Source: a virus (lineage: Duplodnaviria; Caudoviricetes). From it: a stretch of 42,795 bases of DNA. The stretch is from the IMG/VR virus record IMGVR_UViG_3300049924_000195, positions 1-42,795 of that record, one strand, 5' to 3'. This document shows, one piece after another, positions 35,412 through 42,795 of this stretch (position 1 is the first letter of the stretch; each line of letters starts with the position of its first letter). The notes below the pieces were generated by a model. It was not told the origin of the DNA. It saw only the letters and a list, made by a program, of their open reading frames with translations, and ran no database searches. A program made the translations under genes and the position numbers.

Positions 35412-35451
35412 TCGGGTGTCTCCCGTGGGGGTATCGGGGACGCGGTACAGG

Positions 35452-36018
35452 TCAGAACGGCAGACGCGCGAATACGCCGATGGCGTGAACCACGTCCTTG
35501 TCGGCCTTGAAATCGCGGTCGAATTGAGCCGTGTACTCGACACCGAGCCGCAGCGAGCCGAGCACCGGAGCCTCGGCGCCGACGCCCAGGATAGGGCCAC
35601 GGAAATCGTCACCACGCAGGGACATGGAATAGCCGGCGAGGCCGTAAAGCAGGGTCGAGGGCTGGACGAGGTAACCGGCGCGAACGGCGATCGTAAGCGG
35701 CTGATCAAAGGTCAGAACGGCCGCATCGCTGTTGCCCTCGGCGGAAAATCCGTAGCGGGCGAACAGCGAGCCGACGAAGGGGTTGCCCAGCGCGTGATAG
35801 TTGTAGCCGATACCACCGAGCCCGATCAGCCGCTTATCGCCGCCAGTGACAAACTGGCCGGCGGCGCCTCCCTCTAGATAGAAGCCAGACCACTGGTCGG
35901 GGATCGGCGCGGGGGCAACGGCGGCAACCGCAGCTGGCTTGCCGAGATCGGCAGCGATGGCGGGCAGTGCGACGGTGGCCAGCGCCACGGCGAATAGCAC
36001 CTTGAGCTTGGATAGCAT
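35452..36018 (-). CDS. Outer-membrane beta-barrel protein (Omp25/RopB-like)
   Basis: Signal peptide AIAADL, WSGFYL, RAGYLV..LLYGLAGY, LGVEY, terminal Phe. Confidence 0.85.
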   Translation of the reverse strand: MLSKLKVLFAVALATVALPAIAADLGKPAAVAAVAPAPIPDQWSGFYLEGGAAGQFVTGGDKRLIGLGGIGYNYHALGNPFVGSLFARYGFSAEGNSDAAVLTFDQPLTIAVRAGYLVQPSTLLYGLAGYSMSLRGDDFRGPILGVGAEAPVLGSLRLGVEYTAQFDRDFKADKDVVHAIGVFARLPF

Positions 36019-36318
36019 GGGGTGTTCCTTGGTTCAGGCCGCTTATCTGCGGGGTTGAGCATAAGAGGGCACCAACAAGCGGCCGACAGCGGAGAGTACG
36101 GCGGGCGCCTTGGGCGTGCCGATCGGGTCAAATGCCTGCTTGCTGGTGTTGGTTTGGGCGCTTTTCCGGCTTTGGAGCCTGCATGAGGCTCTAGGCCGGC
36201 GTCGGTGGCTATGCCGTGTTGGCCGCCAGCGAGACAACGCCCCGTGATTCGTAGCTAGTCCGTTGGTATCATTGCGATTCACCAATGACCAGCACATTTT
36301 TGCCACAGTCCCCGATTT

Positions 36319-36813
36319 TTAACCAGGGTCGAGGTATTCGACGGGGATGGTGATCGTCTGCTCCGAGCCCAGCAGCGGCAGCCTGATCTGAGCCCGACCG
36401 TTGCGGATCGACAGCAGCGGCGCCGTGTGCCCCTTGAACGGGCCGTGCCCAACCTCGACGCGCTCGCCCACTTTCAACGCCTTGTGGATTTCGATCGTGG
36501 TCGACTGTTCGCCCATCGCATGCAGCTGATCGATGGCGCTCGGATGCAGCCGGGCGGGTTCACCGTCGATATCGAGCGGCGCGATCACCTCGTCGATACC
36601 CTTGATGTCGGACCATTGCGGCGCACCGTCGATACCGACCATGACGTAACCCGGCGTGAGGGGATAGCGAAACGGGACGCGCTGGCGGTTGCGCCCGCAG
36701 CGGCGGTATTTCTTTTCGGACGGGACGAACGCCTCGTGCTTGCTGCGGCGCAACTCGCCGATGGCACGAAATTCCTTCTGCGGCTTGACGCGCAGCACGT
36801 ACCACTTGGTCAT
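36319..36813 (-). CDS. NusG/RfaH-family transcription antiterminator (Q position)
   Basis: WYVLRVKPQKE, PLTPGYVMV (NGN domain); GERVEVGHGPFKG (KOW). Confidence 0.9.
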   Translation of the reverse strand: MTKWYVLRVKPQKEFRAIGELRRSKHEAFVPSEKKYRRCGRNRQRVPFRYPLTPGYVMVGIDGAPQWSDIKGIDEVIAPLDIDGEPARLHPSAIDQLHAMGEQSTTIEIHKALKVGERVEVGHGPFKGHTAPLLSIRNGRAQIRLPLLGSEQTITIPVEYLDPG

Positions 36814-36858
36814 GGATGGGTGTCCTGTCTATGAGATACGCAGGCACACGGATTAAAC

Positions 36859-37425
36859 TCAAGATCCATACGCTATCGTTGGCGGACCGCTGTGTTTCCA
36901 GTCCCAAATATACCAGGCATGATTGAAGCTCGGGGACGCCTTGGGCTTGCCGTCATCCTCGACGAACCACGCAATGCGCTTCATCAGAACAAGCTTCTTT
37001 GCAAAGGCGGGGCAGTCGCGGAATAGGTGGCTGCGACTTTTCGCGTGATAGAAGTCGGTGCGCAGCAGCATGGCGACCATGCCATTGACCGGCTCCATCA
37101 ACCGCAGCGCGTGCTCGCAGAATTCCGTCGCTAGATCATACGGCGGATTGGTGACGATCCCAATGCGGCAGCCGCCATCAACGCGCGATCCAGGCATCAA
37201 CGACAGGAAATCTTGACGGCAAGCTGGCTCGCAAAGCGGCTCGATGTCGCCCATAATCACCATACCAACGCGGGACAAAACACGGGCCATCTGACCGCTG
37301 CCGCACGCTGGCTCCAATATCTGGTCAAGCAGAGGAAGATGCGGCAACAGCGCCTCAGTCACCCACCCCGGCGTCTCATATAGGCCGCGCTCTTTGCGTT
37401 CGTAGCCGCTATCGCGCTGGCTCAT
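36859..37425 (-). CDS. DNA amino (probably N6-adenine) methyltransferase
   Basis: YETP, ILEPACGSG (motif I), IVTNPPY (motif IV). Confidence 0.88.
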   Translation of the reverse strand: MSQRDSGYERKERGLYETPGWVTEALLPHLPLLDQILEPACGSGQMARVLSRVGMVIMGDIEPLCEPACRQDFLSLMPGSRVDGGCRIGIVTNPPYDLATEFCEHALRLMEPVNGMVAMLLRTDFYHAKSRSHLFRDCPAFAKKLVLMKRIAWFVEDDGKPKASPSFNHAWYIWDWKHSGPPTIAYGS

Positions 37426-37637
37426 TGCGTCCCCGCCATCTGCTTTTGCCTCAGCGCGATCGCCGTTTCGAGCAGCCGGCGCTGGCCGCACCAGGCGTAC
37501 ACGATCGGCACCCCGTCATCATCGGATGGATGCAGGCCCTCGGTCAGCCGGATCGCGTGCTCTGCGCATTCGAGCGGCGTGGCTGGTGTCTGCACCACGG
37601 CGCCGGAGAGTAGGACGTACAGGATCACGTATTCCAT
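37422..37637 (-). CDS. Hypothetical protein
   Basis: Coupled at both ends. Confidence 0.6.
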   Translation of the reverse strand: MEYVILYVLLSGAVVQTPATPLECAEHAIRLTEGLHPSDDDGVPIVYAWCGQRRLLETAIALRQKQMAGTQ

Positions 37638-38062
37638 CAGCCCAACACCTTTCCCAACAAGCCTAGATTCTTCTTGATGCTGGCGATGTCGTTGTCGAGC
37701 CAGCTCATGCGCTGCTTGGCCTCGATCTGCTTGCGACGGCGAGCGAACATCAAGCGCTTGGGCGCCGCCGCGATCGAGCGCAGCGCATCGTAGTGAACGG
37801 CGACATGCGAAACATCATCGTCAGCCTTGAATTCATCGGCCTCGCGCTCAATCCTCTCCTTATCTTCAGTGATTTCCCTGATGCGGCGGAGCCAGAATGA
37901 AGGGTCGGGCTGACCAGCCTCGGATGTGGTCGCAAGTCCGATTGACGATGGCGCTGGTCCTGACGGCATGTTGTGTGCACTCTCTATCAGCCCTTGCGCG
38001 AGCTTTGGTGCTGCGATCGGAACGGCCGCCATAGCGCCGAGGAAATTGCGACGTGAGGTCAT
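37637..38062 (-). CDS. Hypothetical protein with twin-arginine-like N-terminus
   Basis: MTSRRNFLGAMAAVPIAA. Confidence 0.65.
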   Translation of the reverse strand: MTSRRNFLGAMAAVPIAAPKLAQGLIESAHNMPSGPAPSSIGLATTSEAGQPDPSFWLRRIREITEDKERIEREADEFKADDDVSHVAVHYDALRSIAAAPKRLMFARRRKQIEAKQRMSWLDNDIASIKKNLGLLGKVLG

Positions 38063-38199
38063 ATCCGCTTTCCCCTGACGATGCGGCGCTTGGTCCCGCG
38101 CTTGAGCTTGTCCGATACTGACGCATACGCCTTTTGCACGACGAGCTTGCCGGCCTTGGTGACCTTGACGCCGTTGACCTTGATGCCCTTGAGCTTCAC
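38059..38199 (-). CDS. 46-aa highly basic protein (not in ORF track)
   Basis: GTG start; MKLKGIKVNGVKVTKAGKLVVQKAYASVSDKLKRGTKRRIVRGKRI; overlaps both neighbours. Confidence 0.55.
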   Translation of the reverse strand: MKLKGIKVNGVKVTKAGKLVVQKAYASVSDKLKRGTKRRIVRGKRI

Positions 38200-38315
38200 C
38201 GCACCCGCCCCCAGCGCTCAAACAGCCGATAGAGCCGGCGGCTGAAGCTGTAGGGGTTTGCCCAGCGGATACCTTCGCGGGTTATCGGTCGCCCGTGATT
38301 TACAAACTTTGTCAT
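38196..38315 (-). CDS. 39-aa micro-ORF
   Basis: GGAGGT SD; ATGA/GTGA coupling. Confidence 0.45.
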   Translation of the reverse strand: MTKFVNHGRPITREGIRWANPYSFSRRLYRLFERWGRVR

Positions 38316-38367
38316 CCGTATACCTCCATCATCCAGTCTGCTTCTAGGTCTGCGTCGGTCCAGTCGG

Positions 38368-38640
38368 TCATGCTGACGCCCGCTCGCGAATCACGTCCTC
38401 CAGGTCGATCTGCCGCTTGTCGGTATCGGCCCACACCATCACCGCATGCTTGAGCCGAAGCATCATCGCGCCGGTAGCGCGATAGCCGCCCGAGCGCGTG
38501 AGCGGGATCGTGGTAATTCCGCCGCCGATCAACAGGTCGATCGACCGTGGCCCGATCTTGCAGCGCGACATTGGAAAGCCCTCTTTGTCCAGATAATCCA
38601 GCACGAGCTTTTTCATTTCTGCGACCGATGTTTGATCCAT
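38368..38640 (-). CDS. Hypothetical protein
   Basis: MDQTSVAEM..RQIDLEDVI; SD GGAGGGGG. Confidence 0.65.
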   Translation of the reverse strand: MDQTSVAEMKKLVLDYLDKEGFPMSRCKIGPRSIDLLIGGGITTIPLTRSGGYRATGAMMLRLKHAVMVWADTDKRQIDLEDVIRERASA

Positions 38641-38641
38641 G

Positions 38642-39391
38642 CTACCCCCCTCCTGCCATTGCCTTGCTGCGATCGGTGAGGCTCGCCGGTATCGGTATGC
38701 GAAGCAGGCGAGCACCTTCTTTCGGCCAGTTGGCCGTCGTAAAAATCACGCCTGCCGCTTCGGCTCGTGCGATATCGACCGGCGTCATCGTGGCGAGCCA
38801 TGCTGCCCACTTGCCGCCGTCGGATGCCTCAAGGCGAAGCTCAGGTTGTGCCGGTTGTCCACTTCCCTTCAAATCAAAATTATCGCTTGTTTGGTCGCGC
38901 TCGCGACCTGGTGGTTCTATTTGGTGGTTAATGAAGGATTGGGGTCCGTGGGCTGACCCCTTAGCACTCGTGGACTGACCCCTTAGGCCGTCAGACTGAC
39001 CCCTTAGTGGGCCTAAGGGGTCAGATTCCGACCCCTTATTTTCCACAGGCAATTCACCGTCAATTTCGAGGTCTGTGCTGCAACCATCGATTGTGCACGA
39101 TCCGTCGACTAGCGCTCGCAAAAGCGGCAGGTTCAGCGCCCATTCGTTTGTGCTTTTCGGCCCCTTACCGCCCTCGCGGACAAGGTGCAGCAGGCCGCAT
39201 GCCCGGAACACCTTGAGCGTGGTCTTGACCGTCGTCTCAGAACACCGCGCCTTGGTGGCCAGCGTTTCATTCGCCGGAAAAATCGATGTGCCGTGATCGT
39301 TGGCATAATCGGCGAGCTTCAGCGCGATCAGCATTTGCGTGCTGGTCGGAAAGGGGACATCCCACACCAAAGTCATCACCCGAATACTCAT
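38642..39391 (-). CDS. Replication initiator (lambda O analogue, HTH_36-like N-terminus)
   Basis: MSIRVMTLVW..LKLADYAND..FPANETLA..CSETTV; internal iterons. Confidence 0.8.
   Translation of the reverse strand: MSIRVMTLVWDVPFPTSTQMLIALKLADYANDHGTSIFPANETLATKARCSETTVKTTLKVFRACGLLHLVREGGKGPKSTNEWALNLPLLRALVDGSCTIDGCSTDLEIDGELPVENKGSESDPLGPLRGQSDGLRGQSTSAKGSAHGPQSFINHQIEPPGRERDQTSDNFDLKGSGQPAQPELRLEASDGGKWAAWLATMTPVDIARAEAAGVIFTTANWPKEGARLLRIPIPASLTDRSKAMAGGG
38953..39039. repeat. Iteron array / probable replication origin
   Basis: CTGACCCCTTAG at 38953, 38975 and 38996, inverted at 39013-39024, variant at 39028. Confidence 0.85.
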
Positions 39392-39594
39392 GCGGCCACC
39401 CTGTACCTTGCTTGAGGATGCAGCAGGTGGCACTCATCGCCGGCCCTGTTGAGGCACTGACGAAAGCCTGCTGCGATGTACTCGGACAGAAACTCGGGAC
39501 GGTAGCTCTCGACGACCGGGGGCGCGTCGGCGGAGTAGTGAACAACCAAGAGTCGGGGCTTGCGAATTTTGCCCGTGTGTGTCAGATTTGTCAT
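39388..39594 (-). CDS. Hypothetical protein
   Basis: GGAGGG SD; ATGA coupling to the initiator. Confidence 0.55.
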   Translation of the reverse strand: MTNLTHTGKIRKPRLLVVHYSADAPPVVESYRPEFLSEYIAAGFRQCLNRAGDECHLLHPQARYRVAA

Positions 39595-39897
39595 GGTCCA
39601 GACCCTCCAGAGGTCTCGGGCTTGTACGGTGCGGTGCTCCCTCTCCGCACCTTGTTGCGTCCGCCGGAAAGCTGCTTCAACAGCTCGCCGATGAGTATTC
39701 CAAACCCCGCTACGGTTTACGCCGCAGCGGGGTTTTACTTTGAGCGGTCGCGCGCCTTTCCCCTCAACTATGAGGCGTTTCCGCCTGGGCGTGTGTGGGG
39801 CATGCCATCGGCCGAGGCCGACGAGGCGCACTTGGTATGCTGCCGCTCCGCTCGAAGCGACCCGGAGACACACGCCACGCAAGGGAACTGATTGGAA

Positions 39898-40128
39898 TTA
39901 GGCGGCTACGCTAGACTGATTCGCCCTTTTTCGGGCGCGACCGTTTCCCACCGCACTCATGTAGCGGCGGATTTTATCGACCCGCCCCGTAGTGCAGTCA
40001 AACCCGGCCCGCAGCCGCCGCACGATGTGTGGGTCGCCGCAGGACGCCTTGCCAAACGCCGTCGGGTTCATACCCGACAGCTTCAGGAATGCTTCGATTT
40101 CAGTGAGTAGCTGCTTGCGAATTGTCAT
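39898..40128 (-). CDS. Cro-like HTH regulator
   Basis: LLTEIEAFLKLSGMNPTAFG..GDPHIVRRLRAG, a Cro type common in alphaproteobacterial phages. Confidence 0.8.
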   Translation of the reverse strand: MTIRKQLLTEIEAFLKLSGMNPTAFGKASCGDPHIVRRLRAGFDCTTGRVDKIRRYMSAVGNGRARKRANQSSVAA

Positions 40129-40135
40129 GCCGGAT

Positions 40136-40242
40136 ACACTAATGATATTTTAGTCGCGCGTCAAGATCGGCCACGGTTATCCACAAAAGTGATAAATTTT
40201 TCATTTTACCCCTTGACCAATGACAAATTCGTCATTTATGGT
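40136..40242. promoter_or_regulatory. Divergent early promoters with three 18-bp operator-like sites and a DnaA box
   Basis: Leftward TTGACG-17-TAGTGT; rightward TTGACC-18-TATGGT; sites at 40141, 40188 and 40219 (AATGAC-N6-GTCATT); TTATCCACA at 40177-40185. Confidence 0.75.
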
Positions 40243-40347
40243 GCGTCTCATCACCTCGGCGGCACGGGCAAGCGTGATGCCCGCACCATCGGGAGGCCCC
40301 CTCAGCTTCTAGGCCGCCGGGGTGATGCAAAACAGGGAGGATTGTTG

Positions 40348-40671
40348 ATGACCATTTCAGCCACCGTCGCCGAGCGCAAAGCATTGAGCGTTGAGCTTGG
40401 TGACGCACTCGCCACCATCGAATCGCAGGCCTTCGAGGTGCTGTCGGAGGGCGAGATCGGGACCACGGAAGAATATCTCAATTGCGACCGCTACGACATG
40501 GAAGTGACGCTTCTGTCCGCCGCCAGGGCGTTTTCGGCGATCCTTGCCACGCACCGTGCCGAGCGCACGCGGCTCGCATCCGATCATGACGAGATCGAGC
40601 ACGAGCAAGCGACGATCGAGCGCATGAACGCAGGACTGGGTTACGGTCATCTGCAGCGGGAGATGGTGTGA
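40348..40671 (+). CDS. Hypothetical acidic protein, first rightward early gene
   Basis: GGGAGG SD, ATG 40348. Confidence 0.7.
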   Translation: MTISATVAERKALSVELGDALATIESQAFEVLSEGEIGTTEEYLNCDRYDMEVTLLSAARAFSAILATHRAERTRLASDHDEIEHEQATIERMNAGLGYGHLQREMV

Positions 40672-40934
40672 TGACGGACCCGCACGACGCCCTGCTCGCC
40701 GATATGCTCAAACGCGATCTTCGCGACACCATAAAGCGATCCGGCTTGCTGATTGGCCAGATCCTCGAAGCCCTGCCGACCGCTCTGGAAAATCCGGACA
40801 AATCGATCGCCGAAAAGCTCGGCACGAACTACGCCCATCAGCTGATGGTGCGTGAGAAGGCCGAGCTGGCACTGATGCAACTGCGCCGTGACACCAAGGA
40901 ACAGGACGCCGAACAGGACACCCGGGAGAGCTGA
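40668..40934 (+). CDS. Hypothetical protein
   Basis: Coupled 88-aa ORF. Confidence 0.65.
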   Translation: MMTDPHDALLADMLKRDLRDTIKRSGLLIGQILEALPTALENPDKSIAEKLGTNYAHQLMVREKAELALMQLRRDTKEQDAEQDTRES

Positions 40935-41026
40935 GAAGCCAACGGGTCCAGGGGCGGCTGCGAGCGGCGATCGGGGGATCGCGATGCGGGACCGCAGCCG
41001 CCCCGCATATTCGAAAGGGATTGCAC

Positions 41027-41233
41027 ATGCCGACCAAGCAGGATCTGGAGCGGGCGAACCGCGTACGCGTCGAGGACTGCAAGCCGCAACTGACGATGGC
41101 GCAAGCCATGAACGCTTGCATGCACTGGTCGCCGGAAGAGGCGAGCTTGCACACGTTTCTGGTGCGCTACCACAGCGTCAACACCTATCGGCCATCGGGC
41201 CGGACACTCAAACGGTCGGAGATTGAGAGATGA
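41027..41233 (+). CDS. Hypothetical protein
   Basis: GAAAGGGA SD; ATGA coupling. Confidence 0.6.
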   Translation: MPTKQDLERANRVRVEDCKPQLTMAQAMNACMHWSPEEASLHTFLVRYHSVNTYRPSGRTLKRSEIER

Positions 41234-42207
41234 CGGACGAATTCCAATTCTGGCGCGACAGCTTGGCTGGCAAGAAGCCGCCGATCAGCGCCGACCATCC
41301 GCAATCAGGGTACTACCGCAAGCGCAACGGCAAGGGCTGGGCGTGGCTGCCGGTGGCGATCTGGACGCACAAGGAAACCGGCCGCCAAGTGGCACGCGTG
41401 GCTGACGACATGGTGGCGCCGCTCGACGTATGGACGTGGGTCGCAGGCAATCCGGTGGCTAAGGAAGCTGCCGTGCAGGCATTCAAAACCGGCGCATGGC
41501 CGGGCGATGCGCCCTCGGTCGCGAGCCAGGAGATCGGCGCCAACAACCCGCCGAGCGAGATTACGGATCTGATCCCGCTTGAAGTGGCCGCCGCCGACGA
41601 GTTTCTGGCAAAGGTAGGCCGGATCACCACCCAGGTCGACAGCGACATTGCCTCAAACAAGGTCGATAATCTGCGCAAGCTGCGCAAGGCCGCCGATCTT
41701 GCGCACAAGACCGAGAAAGAACCGCACCTTGCCGCCGGCCGCGCCGTTGATGACAAGTACCGCGTGCGCGAGGATGCCGACAACGCAGTGCGGCTTCTGC
41801 TGGCAGCTATCACGGTATTTCATAACGCGGAAAAGGCGCGGCTGCAAAAGATCGCCGACGAGAAGGCCGCCAAGGAACGCGCCGAATGGGAAAAGCAGAA
41901 GGCGCTGCACGAAGCCGCTGCCGCTAAGTCTGAGTTTGAAAGCGAGGCCGCAGCGATCTTGGCCGACGCACAGCCGCCACCGAAGCCGCCCGAACCGGTC
42001 AAGGTCAAGAGCGGCGGCGCGCAAGGCAAAGCAGTCTCACTGCGCACCTACAAGGTTGCAACCATCACCGACTACGACAAGGCGTTGGTGGCGCTGAAAG
42101 ACCATCCCGAATTGCGTGAGCTGGTGCAGAAGCTCGCCGATCGCGCCTGCAAGGCCGGCGTGCCATTGGATGGCGTCAAATATTCTGAAGAACAGAGGGC
42201 AGCATGA
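41230..42207 (+). CDS. Conserved phage early coiled-coil protein (recombination-module partner)
   Basis: PQSGYYR..WLPVAIW, IGANNPP, KTEKEPHLAAGRAVDDKY. Confidence 0.75.
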   Translation: MTDEFQFWRDSLAGKKPPISADHPQSGYYRKRNGKGWAWLPVAIWTHKETGRQVARVADDMVAPLDVWTWVAGNPVAKEAAVQAFKTGAWPGDAPSVASQEIGANNPPSEITDLIPLEVAAADEFLAKVGRITTQVDSDIASNKVDNLRKLRKAADLAHKTEKEPHLAAGRAVDDKYRVREDADNAVRLLLAAITVFHNAEKARLQKIADEKAAKERAEWEKQKALHEAAAAKSEFESEAAAILADAQPPPKPPEPVKVKSGGAQGKAVSLRTYKVATITDYDKALVALKDHPELRELVQKLADRACKAGVPLDGVKYSEEQRAA

Positions 42208-42795
42208 GCACCGTCGCCACACTTCGCAGCGGCAGCAAGCCCATGGGCATCGTGCCGCAGAGCTTCGAGGATGTTCAGCGCCTAGCCACCATGGCTGTAG
42301 CGAGCGGCCTATGGAAGGGTGACCGCAAAGACACCGACCAGCAAAAGCATGCCAAGGCCACCATGGCGATCATGCAAGGCTTGGAATGCGGTGTGCCGCC
42401 AATGCAAGCGGTGCAAAGCATTGCGGTCATCAACGGCCGCTGCGTGATGTACGGCGATCTGTTGACGGCGCTGCTATGGGCGAACGGCTTTGATGTCGAG
42501 CAGACCATAGCCGGTGACGGGGATCGGCGCACAGCAACGTGCACGATCACGCGCCCGAACGGCAAGAAGATCGTCCGCACATTCTCGCGGGCAGATGCCA
42601 AGAAAGCGCGGCTGTTCGACGATCGCCCGACCGTCAAGAAACAGTGGGATGGCAAGTGGGAAGAAAAGCCGAATGACAGCCCTTGGTTCAAGTACGAGGA
42701 TCGCATGCTCGGCTGGCGTGCGCTCGGCAACGCTATGAAGGACGGCGCATCGGACGTGACGCACGGGCTCATGCTGCGAGAGGAAGTCGAGGACT
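41834..42795 (+). repeat. Right copy of imperfect terminal redundancy
   Basis: Matches 1-1107 except for SNPs, a changed linker and the missing 332-514 ORF. Confidence 0.95.
42204..42795 (+). CDS. RecT-like SSAP, second allele, 3'-truncated by the window
   Basis: Near-identical to 516-1107. Confidence 0.85.
   Translation, partial: MSTVATLRSGSKPMGIVPQSFEDVQRLATMAVASGLWKGDRKDTDQQKHAKATMAIMQGLECGVPPMQAVQSIAVINGRCVMYGDLLTALLWANGFDVEQTIAGDGDRRTATCTITRPNGKKIVRTFSRADAKKARLFDDRPTVKKQWDGKWEEKPNDSPWFKYEDRMLGWRALGNAMKDGASDVTHGLMLREEVED

Larger units (their letters stand above)
1..42795. mobile_element. Near-complete P22-like podovirus genome (circularly permuted, unit about 41.7 kb)
   Basis: Terminase, P22-type portal, scaffold, coat, gp4/gp10-like tail hub, tailspike, ejection proteins and lysis genes; no tape measure or sheath; the ends overlap (1-1107 vs 41834-42795). 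Confidence 0.93.

Noticed and set aside
35412-35708. N-terminal extension of the 445-aa membrane ORF
   Set aside because: Overlaps the porin gene; ATG 35411 has a good SD
39595-39897. cII-like gene or tRNA after cro
   Set aside because: No convincing ORF with SD and no cloverleaf with T-loop consensus found by eye

Overview
The window is essentially one complete, circularly permuted (~41.7 kb unit) genome of a GC-rich P22-like podovirus, probably infecting an alphaproteobacterium. Host clues are the Omp25/RopB-like porin, the Cro type and the AGAAAGG ribosome-binding sites. Layout: (i) a rightward early recombination operon (40348-42795 joined to 1-3790; RecT-like SSAP, DUF1367/DUF968-like genes); (ii) a 6.7-kb accessory island (3791-10533) with two divergent arrays of small ORFs radiating from a palindromic twin promoter beside a degenerate serine-resolvase-like gene, where the rightward ORFs are joined by a conserved stop-AAAGGCC(C)GCC-start linker seen 14 times; (iii) one long leftward operon from cro (40128) through a replication initiator with internal iterons, an adenine methylase, a NusG-like antiterminator, a porin, terminase, portal, five extra virion genes, scaffold, coat, tail hub, tailspike, ejection proteins (sharing an NAL(Y/L/M)G motif and including an ADP-ribosyltransferase-like protein), tail fibre and lysis genes. 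No cI repressor, integrase, tRNA, CRISPR array or reverse transcriptase was seen. The two ends are diverged alleles of the same locus. All family calls come from motif recognition by eye, not database searches.
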